Assembly: GCF_006345805.1 (NCBI RefSeq)
Contig: NC_042999.1
Coordinates: forward strand, 2,108,001 to 2,172,000
Length of the DNA stretch: 64,000 bases
Reading direction: 5' to 3'
DNA from: Octopus sinensis
Lineage: Eukaryota
How positions within the stretch are numbered: the stretch's first letter is position 1; each line of letters starts with the position of its first letter. Shown here piece after piece: positions 25,763-38,523 of this stretch. Under the pieces are notes generated by a model. That model saw only the letters and a program-made list of their open reading frames with translations, ran no database searches and was not told the DNA's origin. The translations under genes and the position numbers were made by a program.

Positions 25763-27604
25763 GAGAAGCTCAAAACTGTGATATAAACTTTGTTTTAAAG
25801 TGATCTGGACTAAAACCTTCAATCAAGATTTCAAACTAATTTATGTTCTAAGGACCAATTTACTAAGACTTGCAAATTTTGGCCAGAGGTCAGAAATTTT
25901 TATGGTAGGGATTCAGTTGATTACATTAAACTCAGGACTTCAATGATACTTTATATTATGAACCCTGAAAGGGTGAAAAGCAGAGACTACCGCAGAGAAA
26001 TCTGAACTTACAACACAAAGACTTGTTGGAAAATCCAGTCAGTATTTTGTCTGACGCGCTAAAAGTTCTACCTGTATGCAATGCCAAAGTTCTTTTACCA
26101 AATTCTTCTTTGGAACATAAGTTAATAGTAAACACTTACAAAAGGTTTTAATTCAGATCCTTTTAAAACATACACGCACATACACACCCTCTCTCTCTTT
26201 TTTCTCTCTCTTTCTCTCTGTCTTTCTCTCTCTCTCTCTCCCTCACACACACTCATATATACACCCAAACACAAACCTTTTCACATGTAGACACACACAA
26301 ACATCCAAATACAAACATACTCAGACATATGTAGACACACACTCTCTCTCACACACACGCACTCTCTCTCTCACACACACACACTCTTGCTCTCTCTCAC
26401 ACATACATACACACACTCTCTCACACACACATACTTTCTCTCTCTCTCTCTCACACACACACATACTTTCTTTCTCTCTCATACACACACACATACTTTC
26501 TCTCTTGCGCACATACATGCACATACTTTCTCTCTCACACACACACGTACGCACACGCACACACACACACACACACACGTACACGTGCACACACACATAC
26601 ACACATACACACACTTCTATTAAAAGGTTGTCATTTCCTAATCATCTAACAATGAGATTTTTATATTCTTTCATTAATCTCAGCCTGTTTCATGAAATAT
26701 TTTATTTAATTTCAAAAAGACCAAAAAAACAAAACCACCCACCTATTTATCTCTTTCCAATGTTGTTGTAGGCTTTATGATACGAGACAGCAGTAAGTCC
26801 TCTACAAGTTAACATTCACAACGGTCTTTCTGATCTCATTTGGTATGCTACTAATGGTCTTAGGTAATGTAAGAACATCGCAAGCAATTACGTTTTCTTT
26901 ATGCCTTAAAATCAATAACACTAGTCAATAAGATGGATAGCTTTGATTAGGAAAAAGTCAAATTATTTCAGTGTAGAGTATTTTTATGAAGAAAATAGGA
27001 TAAATGACAACCGAAAAAACATTGATTGATTTGTGGTTTTTAACCCTCTTGTCAAAGTATTTCTTGACGAGATGAAAATAAAAAAGAGGAAAGAGAAGGC
27101 AGTTATGATTTTAAAAAGGAAGGGTTTTGTGAACGGGGAGCTTTAACAGAGACAGAAATTGTAAGTCATTTGAACAAAATGGAAATCAGTGACCGAGTAA
27201 CACTGAAATATATGGTGAGATAAATGTATGGCATTAAATATATCTTTATTCATGAGACAGTCGAATAAAACTAATTCTACGAATTTACGATTGATGGGAA
27301 CTAAATGCATATTACAAGTTGATCAATTCTGTTGATATTTCCCCGACTTTAACCTTATGAAATTAATGTATTGTTCAAATAACTGAGTAGGATGACAAAT
27401 TTAATGCAGACAGCGTCGGAGTTAGGTATTCATTGAATATGAATAACTTCACAGTACCATTTTTATAATTCTTTGTTCGTCATTGCCCTCAATTATAATA
27501 TATTTTAGATGTATTTTTGCCACGCATTTCTGTATTTTCTATATAAGGGTCATTACTAAACACCATAATATGGTGTCTTACAGCTGTTAATGATGCTAAT
27601 TAGT

Positions 27605-28130
27605 GAAGGAATATGGCTTAGTGGTCAGGGTATTTTGTAAAGGCGGAGAGCTGGCAGAAACGTTAGCACGCCAGGCGAAATGCGTAGCTGTATTTCGTCT
27701 GCCGTTACGTTCTGAATTCAAATTCCATCACAGTCAACTTTGTCTTTCATCCTTTCGGGGTCGATAAATTAAGTACCAGTTACGCACTGGGGTCGATCTA
27801 ATCGACTTAATCCCTTTGTCTGTCCTTGTTTGTCCCTTCTGTGTTTAGCCCCTTGTGGATAGTAAAGTAATAGGTCAGGGTATTTCGTTTGTAATCACAA
27901 GGTCGTGAGTTCAATTCACTGCCGTACATTGTAACCTTGAGCAAGACACTTTACTTCATATTGCTCCAGTCCACTCAGCTGGCAAAAATGAGTTGTATCT
28001 GTAATTCAGAAGGGGCCAGCCTTGTCACAGTCTATGTCAGGCTGAATCTCCTTGAGAACTGTATTAAGGGTATGCGTGGTCTGTGGAGTACTCAGCCACT
28101 TGCACATTAATTTCACAAGAATGTTGTACC
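27605..28130 (+). mobile_element. SINE-E interrupted by a SINE-B insertion (27642-27872) with 13-bp target-site duplication
   Basis: ggtcagggtattt at 27623-27635 and 27873-27885; the SINE-E A box lies before and the B box (gagttcaattc) after the insert. Confidence 0.85.
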
Positions 28131-28179
28131 ATTTCAGTTTGGTATTCATTTCATTAATTATTGTTCATTTCATTGATTA

Positions 28180-28695
28180 GTACTCATTTTATGGAGTGGT
28201 TCTCATTTTATTGAGTGGTACTCATATTCTTGTACAATACTCATTGTATCGAGCGATATTCATTTTATCAACTGGTACTCATTTTATTGAGTATCACTCA
28301 TTTTATTGAGTGGTACTCATTTTCTTGCACAATACTCATTGTATCGAGCAATATTCATATTATCAAATGGTACTCATTTTATTGAGTATCACTCATTTTA
28401 TTGAGTGGTACTCATTTTCTTGCACAATACTCATTGTATCGAGCAATATTCATTTTATCAAATGGTACTCATTTTATTGAGTGGTACTCATTTTATTGCA
28501 GAATACTCATTGTATCGAACGATATTCATTTTATCAAATGGTACTCATTTTATTGAGTATCACTCATTTTATTGAGTGGTACTCATTTTCTTGCACAATA
28601 CTCATTGTATCGAGCGATATTCATTTTATCAAATGGTACTCATTTTATTGAGTATCACTCATTTTATTGAGTGGTACTCATTTCATTGAGAGATA
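28180..28695. repeat. 19-bp minisatellite with 95-bp higher-order unit
   Basis: Units start at 28217, 28312, 28407, 28483, 28578 and 28673 (95-bp period, one 76-bp unit). Confidence 0.9.
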
Positions 28696-29159
28696 TTCAT
28701 AGTGCTTACAAGCACACACACACAGAGTTACTCTCAGCTAAAATTTTACTCACAAGAAACTGGTCACCCTTAGGCTACAGTAGAAAACACTCACTTATGA
28801 TATGGCACTGTGAGATTGAACCTTAAACCACATGGTGACAACCAAACTTCTTAACCATATGGCTAAACCTGCTGTTTTATTGCATCATAAAACAGAGCAA
28901 AGGTAGAACACCTGTCTTGTCTGCAAATTGACAAAACTGTTTGGTACCAGGTAAGTATAATCAGGTGAGGTATGGTGGTGGTGGTAATGATGATGAGGAA
29001 AAGGAGGGGAGGGGAAGGGTATGGTAGCATGGTTGTTATAAAGACAATGAGGATGGGGATGTGGAAGGGGAAGAAGTGAAGAAGAAAAAGAGGAGGAACA
29101 AAGAAGAAGTAGAAGAGGGGAGATGGCAGAAGAGAGGGGTGGTGGTGACGTGGATGAGG

Positions 29160-29515
29160 ACAAAAATGATGATGGTCATGATGATGACAGTAATGTTCTT
29201 GACTTTCTTGATCCTAAAGCTATTTCTAATTACAATGATGACGACAACAACGATGATGATAATGGTGATGATGATGACAATGATGATGATGACAACGATG
29301 ATGATGATGCTGGCGAGGATAATGATGATGATGATGGTGATGATAATGATGGTGATGATGATGATGATGATAATGATGGTGATGATGATGATGGTGCTAA
29401 TGATGACGACGATGACGATGATGATGATGATGATGACAGCAATGATGATGATGATGATGATTATGATGATGACAGCAATGACGATGATGGTGATGATGAT
29501 GATGAACAGAAAGAT
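29160..29515. repeat. Degenerate (GAT)n microsatellite
   Basis: Direct reading; source of the poly-Asp/Met/Ile/Ser ORFs. Confidence 0.9.
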
Positions 29516-29589
29516 GGTGGGGTCAATTTGTTGCATTTTCTCCTGGAATTAATCCCCGACAAATTTTATTGTATCTCTTGAACACTAGA

Positions 29590-29644
<55 letters not shown>

Positions 29645-29987
29645 GAAGTAGTGGGGGAGCATCATGGCCATGTGTTGAGAGGGATTCTTTGGAGTTTGAA
29701 TGGTTCACCTCTGGAAACATAGGTGTTTCGTTCAACATCCTAAAGCAACCCTTATTCAGGGACCTTTTGAGCAGGATGGGCTACTCAAGCTGAAGAAAAT
29801 TCTAACTGGGCCCCACCTGCAAGGTCATGTGCTGTTTATCTTGATATGAGATCACCATGTTGCGCACATATGGTTGTGATGCATGTGCCTGGTGTACCTT
29901 TATCAGATGGGTAGTCATGATGGGTATATTGGGCTTCGTATATTTTACCCCAGTGTCACTTTGATGGCATGAACTGCTCTCTCACTC

Positions 29988-30027
<40 letters not shown>

Positions 30028-30033
30028 TAATAC

Positions 30034-30060
<27 letters not shown>
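29645..30060 (+). mobile_element. (AAT)n-tailed non-coding retroposon
   Basis: Same family as 22450-22905; flanked by (AAT)n on both sides. Confidence 0.7.
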
Positions 30061-30065
<5 letters not shown>

Positions 30066-31094
30066 TTTAAAAAATGAACGAACTATTGAGTTTGGTGTAA
30101 TGGCCTACCGATGTATACTATGAGTTTCTTTGCCCTAGGAGTCGGGAAGACACTCGGCAAGAAATGGAAGCAAATTTGAAAGAAGAAAAAAAAAAATAAT
30201 AATAATAAACTTCTCTAGTTCTAAACAAGAATATTTATAGTTTGACAGACAGTGCTTATTATATTGGCAGTTCCATATTTATAACTTGCTTTCTTTTCTT
30301 GAACAAAACATTATGAGCTTGTTGATTCTTTGAGAGTTTGGTACCGTGGTACTGGAGGAGGTAAGGGTTAACCAACAATTGAAGAATACTTAATTGTGGA
30401 TTTGCAAAAACTAAAAACATAAAGAAGAAGGACAGTTTTAACTCTTTGAGTTGCAACAAAACTAAAATAAAACAAATAAATATAAAAATGAATTAGAAAT
30501 CCTTGTGATCAAAGAATTAAAGAAAACTGCATGAAATTATTTTTTCATTAAATATGGAAAATGAAAAAAAAAATACAATACTTAACAATAATTAATATTT
30601 CAAAGAAAACTTAACGATACAAACGCAAACGAGTTTTCTGAGAGGACATATTATGGTTCTGAACTAGTTTTATATCTTCAATTAATACTTCTAAACACCC
30701 AATTTTTAGCTTCATTGGTTACTAATTGAATCTTAAAACACAAAGATAGCCTTCTTTTCATAATTGTAATCGTTTTGATGAGATTAAAGTGAAAAAATGT
30801 TAATGTTTTGTGACGGATCATATTAAAGGTCAACCGGGTAAAATTCGATTCCAAGATGATGGACATCATTGGTTCTGTAAATAATTACCATTAAAATCAT
30901 CTCTGTAATCCTTCATAATTAGTTTGGTAATGTTGTGGAGCCTGAAACGAGGAACAAACAATCTTTGGTGTTAATCTACATTATTTAATACTGGGGAGTA
31001 CTTATTCGTTATTTGTGGCAGCAAATTTATCAAAGAGAAATTTATCTTTGTAAAATACAAGGTGTTTCTATCAAAGACTCGTTTGCGTCATTAA

Positions 31095-31415
31095 CTCATC
31101 ATCATCATCATCATCATTGTTGTCTTTATCTTTGTCATTGTCATAATCATCATCATCATCATCATTCTCATCATTGTCATTGTCGTCGTCATCATCGTCA
31201 TCATCATCATCATCATTTTCATCATCATCATAATTGTCATCATTGTCATCATCATCATCATCATCATCATAAACATTTTGTCATCAACATCATAATCATC
31301 ATCATCTTTGCTGTCGTTATCATCATCATTATCATTGACATCACTGCCATAATCATCGTCATTGTCTTCATTATTATCATCATAATAATAATCATCATCA
31401 TCATCGTCATCGTTT
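31095..31415. repeat. Degenerate (CAT)n tract (tail of a minus-strand SINE-C relic)
   Basis: Ends in cgttttaatgtccacttttctatacctgcatggg, a diverged SINE-C 3' end. Confidence 0.75.
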
Positions 31416-31780
31416 TAATGTCCACTTTTCTATACCTGCATGGGTCAGACAGAATTTGTTAAGGTTGGCTCTTCTACAGTTAGACAGAGAAATGCTGGTG
31501 TTTTTAGAAAGAAAAATATACAACCATAATCTTTGATTTTGAACTCTCCATTATCAAGCACTCACCTCTTCAATTTATATTTCTTGGACTCACGACTCTG
31601 GCGACTATTTTGCCTTGACCAATATTTGGCTATTGACTCAATTATTTTGTAATAACTCTGTGCTGCCATTATTGTAAATTTTTACCATATTTCTCAATAC
31701 ATTATTGTCCAGACCTGTTTTGTTTTGCTTTCTGATTTTGAGTAGGCATAGTTTCCTTTTTATGCAGTAACCATAACAAT

Positions 31781-32174
31781 CCGGGACATGCCACCCTGGG
31801 TAGGCAAGTCAGGCAGTGCCTACCTTGAATAAAATAGATCGATGACAACATTTTCCTCTCATGGCAAGATATTCACCTAATTCAATAAAATCATAAAGGT
31901 TACTCTGGTTACTATGCATAAAATGCAAAATATCTTATTTTTTATAGATTAGGTAGGCATAATTTGCCACTGCTTTTCAATCTCACTATTTAAGCTACGC
32001 ATACTACTGCTGTAGTACACGTGCCACGTACGTTTTCTTTATGGACTATAAAGGCAGAAATAAATCTGTCTTCAACTCAGTCATACGTCTGCGTTTCACA
32101 CATTTTTTTGTGTGATTCACTACATAAAGGTTGCCAACTGCCTACCCCGAGTAATTACTGATGGCATGTGCCTG
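31781..32174. mobile_element. hAT-type non-autonomous element (394 bp)
   Basis: 13-bp imperfect TIRs CCGGGACATGCCA / TGGCATGTGCCTG; 8-bp TSD ataacaat / gtaacaat; repeated ggtaggca motifs near both ends. Confidence 0.65.
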
Positions 32175-32209
32175 GTAACAATATATACACATATATATAT
32201 ATATAGATC

Positions 32210-32500
32210 ATTATCATCATCGTTTAACGTCCGTTTTCTGCGCTAGCATGGGTTGGATGGTTTGACTGGGGTCTGGGAAGCCAGGAGGCTGCACCAGGCT
32301 CCAGTCTGATTTGGCAGTGTTTCTACAGCTGGATGCCCTTCTTAACGCCAACCACTCTGCGAGTGTAGTGGGTGCTTTTTACGTGCCACCAGCACAGGTG
32401 CCAGGGGAGTCTAGCAGCAGCCACGATTGGTTGGTGCTTTTAATGTGCCACCGGCGTGGAAACCAGTCAAGGCGGTGCTGGCATCGGCCACGTTCGGATC
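32210..32500 (-). mobile_element. SINE-C
   Basis: cgtttaacgtccgttttctgcgctagcatggg..cagctggatgcccttcttaacgcc plus two modules. Confidence 0.8.
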
Positions 32501-32976
32501 GTAAGATATATTTTTGCACACATGCACACGTATATCTGTATATATGCATACACACATACAAACACACATATAAATATAAACATATAAACACACACATATA
32601 TATATGCATATGATGGGCTTCTTTTAGTTTCCATCAAACAAATCCATTCACAAGGCTATGGTTGATCTAAAGCTATAGTCGAAGACAATTTACCAAAACG
32701 CCATGCAAAGGAAGTGAACCTGAAGCCAAGTGCATGAGAAGCAAACATTTTAAACGATTACCATTAAAATCAATGTAATCCATCATAATTAGTCAGATAA
32801 TGTTGAAGGCTGTGCCAAAGAACAAATGATCGTTAGTGAATTTACATCATTCATTATTCAAAGTACCCATTCACCACACATTCATGAAAGACAAATTATC
32901 TTCATAAAACAGTAGGTGTTTACATCAAAGACACATTTTTGTCATTAACCAGAAGGTATTGTATTAAACCTTTTGT

Positions 32977-33199
32977 AGTAAAGATTGTTTGCCAACATAA
33001 CATGGCAGTCCTGGTTTAGGATTAATGTTGCTGTAATTTAGCCCCAGGAGACATCGTCTCCAGCTGGTTATATGTCACGATCTGTGTCCTTATATCTGTG
33101 TTGCATAGCCAGCTGGAGATGATGTTTTCTGGGGCTAAATTACAGCAATGTTAGTCCTAAACCAGGACTGCCAGGTTATGTTGGCAAACAATCTTTACT
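32977..33199. mobile_element. Foldback/MITE: 95-bp inverted arms, ~33-bp spacer
   Basis: agtaaagattgtttgccaacataacatggcagtcctggtttagg.. mirrored by ..cctaaaccaggactgccaggttatgttggcaaacaatctttact. Confidence 0.8.
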
Positions 33200-33255
33200 C
33201 TATAGTACTGGTCCTGGATATCTCTCATTGTGTGATTTAAAAATAGTAATTTACT

Positions 33256-33436
33256 AAACCTTTAGTATTCACATTATTCTGTCGAAAGAAATGCTCGTTA
33301 ATTCGTTTCAAATTAATCAGACATTATTTTGTAGCTTTGAGATTTTGATCAAGTAACTTTTAATTTTTAGGTCAGTTTGAAGATAAAACGGTTGAAATAT
33401 TTTGGACAGATATGGCCTGTTTAAATTCTAAAGGTT
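33256..33436. mobile_element. Degenerate MITE with (T)AA(C)CCTTTAG..CTAAAGG ends (piggyBac-like)
   Basis: taaacctttag at the left end and ctaaaggtttt at the right end; TTAA target not intact. Confidence 0.4.
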
Positions 33437-34029
33437 TTGTTGCTTTGGCTGGACACAGACCATGCATAGCTGACCACAGAAGATAACCAGCACCCTACCA
33501 ACAGATTGACAGTTAGTACCCTGAATAGCACTGAATTGTGTCTTTGTGAAAACCAAAATCCTTCTGATGGCTCAGTCCATTTAGCTGTAAACAGGTGTCT
33601 AGAGTAGAAAAGAATATTGATGGGTTAAACAGATTGATATTAGCAAGACCTTATGGGAAGTGGTGTCCCCATAATATAATTAATTAAGGAAATGTCTCTC
33701 ATAGGGAGAGAAGGGCCTGTGAGGATTGAAATGTGACAAATAAACAAACATGACTAGAAACAACACCTTCACCTTCGCTAGGGCAGAGGTAAAAATATAG
33801 TAGGATTTTTAAAAACATAGAACGGCTTTAAGGGTCCAGTAGAGTAAAATAAGAACCAAAGGGGTCCATAGAGAGAAAATGGTTGAGAATTGCTGTACTA
33901 GGGTAAATGGATTAACAAAGAATTCCTTCCCTTTACATACACATCGTTGCTATTATGCAAAAGTGTTGTAAGTCCAAAACGTTGCTTTTTCAGAAAAGGA
34001 AAAATTGGTTTCCCCATTCCATTTCTTTT

Positions 34030-34790
34030 TACCGTAAAAAGCACCATCCGTTCATGGCCGTTGCCAGCCTCACCTGGCCCCCATGTCGGTGGCACGTAAA
34101 AGCAACATCCAATTGTGGCCGTTTGCCAGACTCGTCTGGCACCTGTGCCGGTGGCATGTAAAAAGCACCCACTACACTCACAGAGTGGTTGGCATTAGGA
34201 AGGGCATCCAGCCGTAGAAACTTTGCCAGATCAGACTGGGCCTGGTGCAGCCTTCTGGCTTCCCAGACCCCAGTTGAACCGTCCAACCCATGCTAGCATG
34301 GAAAGCGGATGCTAAACGATGATGATGATGATGATGATTAGCAACAGTTTCAGCTTACTTTGTTGGGTGCATAAAATCATAACACATCATCATCATCATC
34401 ATCATCACCATCGTTTAACGTCTGCTTTCCATGCTGGCATGGGTTTGACGATTTGACGATTTGACTGAGGTCTGGTGAACCAGATGGCTGCATCAGGCTC
34501 CAGTCTGATCTGGCAGAGCTTCTACAGCTGGATGCCCTTCCTAACACCAACCACTATGAGAGTGTAGTGGGTGATTTTACTTGCCACCAGCACAAGGGCT
34601 AGTCAGGTGGTACTGGCAATGGCTATGCTGAAATGGTGCTTTTTATGTACCACCTGCACAGGAGCCAGTCCAGCGGCACTGGCAACAACCACACTTGAAT
34701 GTTTTTTTCACGTGCCACCAGCACAAGTGCTAGTAAGGTGACACAGGTAATGATCACGCTCGAATGGTGCTTTTTACGTACCACTGGCAT
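34030..34790. mobile_element. Two SINE-C copies tail-to-tail (+ 34030-34340; - 34385-34790)
   Basis: (GAT)n and (CAT)n tails face each other across ~45 bp. Confidence 0.8.
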
Positions 34791-35546
34791 GATGATATTT
34801 TTGCGAAACTCTTGTGTTTGGGACTCACTACTCTTGAAAATGCTAAACCGTTGTCCTGAACTTTGACAATTTACATATCTTGACATCTGAAGCAGCTGGA
34901 GATACGATAGTTTGACCAAAGGAACCAGCTATTGCAAGCAGAATTTAAATATTGAAAAAAATGCATTTGCCCAAATTTGCACATAGGACAGTTTAACATA
35001 ATAGAAGCAATATAGATCTTGTTGGTCTGCAAGTCTGTTTTGTCTTCCGTCCTTCCAGAGCTGATAAAAGAAACACCAGTAATACGCTAGAAAGAGAAAA
35101 TTGATGAGGGAGCAGACAATTATGACTCGTTTAAACTCAAGCTTACATTTTATTTTCAACCACAACAAACATGTCTGAAATTGAAACAAGCAAACAAACG
35201 AAAGCTTAATTACAAAATGTTGAAATTTCTCACAAGGCATCATTTAGCTAATTACATTCAAATTGCCATGTTGCAAAACTTTTCTAGATTTAAGAAGAAT
35301 CAATAAAAATGAAATAGCTGATGGCTTTGTTGATTGTGGAGAGAGAAACCTTGTAGCATGTGTTGAAGAAGATATGCTATGTGTGTAAAAGTTATATTAG
35401 GTGTGTGGTAAGGAGCTTGCTTCTCAACCATGGGGTTCCAGGTTCACTCCCACTGCATGGTACCCTAGGCAAATGTCTTCTTCTATAGCCTCAGGTTGAC
35501 AGAAGTCTTCTGAGTGGATTTGGTAGATGGAAAATGAATGAAGCCC

Positions 35547-36196
35547 AGAAGAATGTTATTTTCTTCAACGAGTCATCCTTTACCTTATTTCTGACCACCG
35601 GCCAAGTATATATGTGGAGACAGCTAAAAGAAGCATTTGACCCAGACTGCCTGCTTCCAACTGTTAAACATGGAGGAGGATCTGTGATGATCTAGGGAGC
35701 TAAATCTTGGAAATCTGCCAGCCCAATGGTTTGCCATCATGGCAAAATTAATAGTCAAGACTATTTAAGTGTTTTATCTGATCAAATTCATCCTATGGTT
35801 GCAGAACAGTTTCCGGAGGGAAATGCAATATTTCAGGATGATAATGCACCAATTTACACAGCTAAAGATGTTACTGAATGGCACGAGGAACATTCTAGTG
35901 AAGTTGAACATCTTATCTGGTGACCACAGTCCCCAGATCTCAATATTATTGAACATTTACGGTGCATTTTAGAAAAACAAGTAATGAGGCAATATCTTTA
36001 CCATCATCACTTCGAGAACTGGAGAATGTTTTAGCTGAAGAATGGACAAAAATTCCTTTGGAAACAATTCAAACTTTGTATGAGTCCATACCTCACAGAA
36101 TTCGAGCTGTAATTACTGCCAAAGGCAGCTCTACCCCATATTAAAATAAATTTGTTTGAAATTATAAGGTGTTTCCTTTATTTTGTACAAACCCTG
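35547..36196 (+). mobile_element. Tc1-like transposon 3' half, DD36E spacing
   Basis: NVIFFNES..VKHGGGSVMI*G..IFQDDNAPIYTAK..W*PQSPDLNIIE..RIRAVITAKGSSTPY*. Right TIR ..ggtgtttcctttattttgtacaaaccctg|TA. Confidence 0.9.
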
Positions 36197-36516
36197 TATG
36201 TATGTATGTATGTATGTATGTATGTATGTATGTATGTATGTATGTATGTATGTATGAATGTATGTATGTATGTATGTATGTATGTATTTATGTATGTATG
36301 TATGTATGTATGTATTTATGTATGTATGTATGTGTGTATGTATGTATGTATGTATGTATGTATGTATGTATTTATGTATGTATGTATGTATGTATGTATG
36401 TATTTATGTATGTATGTATGTATGAATGTATGTATGTATGTATGTGTGTATGTATGTATGTATGTATGTATGTATGTATGTATGAATGTATGTATGTATG
36501 TATATATGTATGTATG

Positions 36517-36550
<34 letters not shown>

Positions 36551-36655
36551 TTTATGTATGTATGTATGTATGTATGTATTTATGTATGTATGTATGTATG
36601 TATGTATGTATGTATGTATGTATGTATGTATGTATGAATGTATGTATGTATGTAT
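36197..36655. repeat. (TATG)n microsatellite
   Basis: Starts at the TA target site of the Tc1 relic. Confidence 0.95.
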
Positions 36656-36871
36656 GCACATATAGATTGTTTGAAGTGGTGACAGATTTTATATAAGAAA
36701 AAGGAGACAACCAGAATTTTGTATGATTATTTATTTAACACTTTCATCTCATTTTGAAGATCCTTCAGAACTGATTTTGCAGAAAACTCATGCTGTTTAA
36801 ATACATATGTATGTGTTTGATGAAAAAAAGCCTGGACTTGAATGGGGAAGAGAATGTCCTTTTGTTATATA

Positions 36872-36913
<42 letters not shown>

Positions 36914-36919
36914 TGTGTG

Positions 36920-36958
<39 letters not shown>

Positions 36959-37122
36959 TGTAAGTATATATATAAACGACATAAATTTTCTGTAGAATTA
37001 GTTCTGATGTTTCTCTGAAATGAGATGAAACTATTAAATAAATAAATAATCATCTAAAATTTCTGACTACCTCTTTTTTCTTAATGTGTGTGTGTACGTC
37101 TGTGTATGCTGTCTGTGTATGT

Positions 37123-37156
<34 letters not shown>

Positions 37157-37229
37157 CGTGCTCACGTATGCGTGTGCACAAGAGAGAGAGAGTGTGTGTA
37201 TGTGTGTATGTGTGTATGTGTATATATAC

Positions 37230-37543
37230 ATACGTAAATACATATATACATACATACATATATGCATACATACATACATACATAAATACATACATACATA
37301 CATAAATACATACATACATACATACATAAATACATACATACATATATACATACATACATACATAAATACGTACATACATACATAAATACATACATACATA
37401 CATAAATACATAAATACATACATACATAAATACATACATACATACATACATACATACATACATACATACATACATACATACATACATGCATGCATGCATA
37501 CATACATACATACATAAATACATACATACATACATACATAAAT

Positions 37544-37576
<33 letters not shown>

Positions 37577-37740
37577 TACATACATACATACATAAATGCA
37601 TACATGCATGCATGCATGCATACATACATAAATACATAAATACATAAATACATACATACATACATATATAAATACATACATACATACATACATACATACA
37701 TACATACATACATACATACATACATACATACATACATACA
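37230..37740. repeat. (TACA)n microsatellite (reverse complement of TATG array)
   Basis: Direct reading. Confidence 0.95.
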
Positions 37741-38204
37741 ACAGGTTCCTTTCAGTTTCTGTCTGCAACATCCCCTCATAAGGCTTTGGTCAGCCTGGGG
37801 CAATAGTAGAAGATACTTGGATATTTGCCCAGTGAGATTGAACCTAAGACCACATGGTTGGGAAGCAAGCTCCTTAACCACCCAGCTACACCTGCACCTA
37901 CCACTAAAATGATAAGACACTCATAAGATACAGGAATACTTTTTATCTTCCAAGTGGCTCTCTGTCAGTTACAATGTTGAGGGTTCCAGTTGGTCCATTC
38001 AATGGAACAGCCTTCTCATGAAATTAATGTGCAAGTGGCTGAGTATTCCGCAGACATGTGTACCCTTAAAGTAGTTCTCAAGGAGATTTAGTGTGACAAA
38101 GTATGTGACAAGGCTGGTTCATTTAAAATACAGGTACAACTCATTTTTGCCAGCTGAGTGGACTGGAGCAATGTGGAATAAAGCATCTTGCTAAAGTACA
38201 CAAC

Positions 38205-38365
38205 GCAATGGCCTAGTGGTTAGGGCAGCGGACTTGCGGTCGGAGGATCGCGGTTTCGATTCCCAGACCGGGCGTTGTGTGTGTTTATTGAGCGAAAACA
38301 CCTAAAAGCTCCACGAGGCTCCGGCAGGAGGTGGTGATCCCTGCTGTACTCTTTCACCACTCTAA
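38205..38365 (+). mobile_element. SINE-D 5' part (tRNA-like head)
   Basis: gcaatggcctagtggttagggcagcggacttgcggtcggaggatcgcggtttcgattccc; same family as 47105 and 51713. Confidence 0.75.
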
Positions 38366-38523
38366 AAAGGCGGTGCTCCAGCATGGCCGCAGTCAAATGA
38401 CTGAAACAAGTACAGAAATACAGAAATAAGAAAACACCACCAGGAATCGATCTCGTGGCCTTACGGTCCTGAGAGCTAAGTACCATAGCCACTAAGCTAG
38501 GCAACTTCACACCTTTTATCATA

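Noticed and set aside
26772-26792. 21-nt microexon candidate (tgtag|GCTTTATGATACGAGACAGCA|gtaagt) reading GFMIRDS like an SH2 strand
   Set aside because: Too short to be significant and no companion SH2 exons found.
29123-29581. 152-aa poly-Asp ORF resembling an acidic biomineralisation protein
   Set aside because: Degenerate (GAT)n tract, also open as poly-Met, poly-Ile and poly-Ser; no signal peptide or unique domain.
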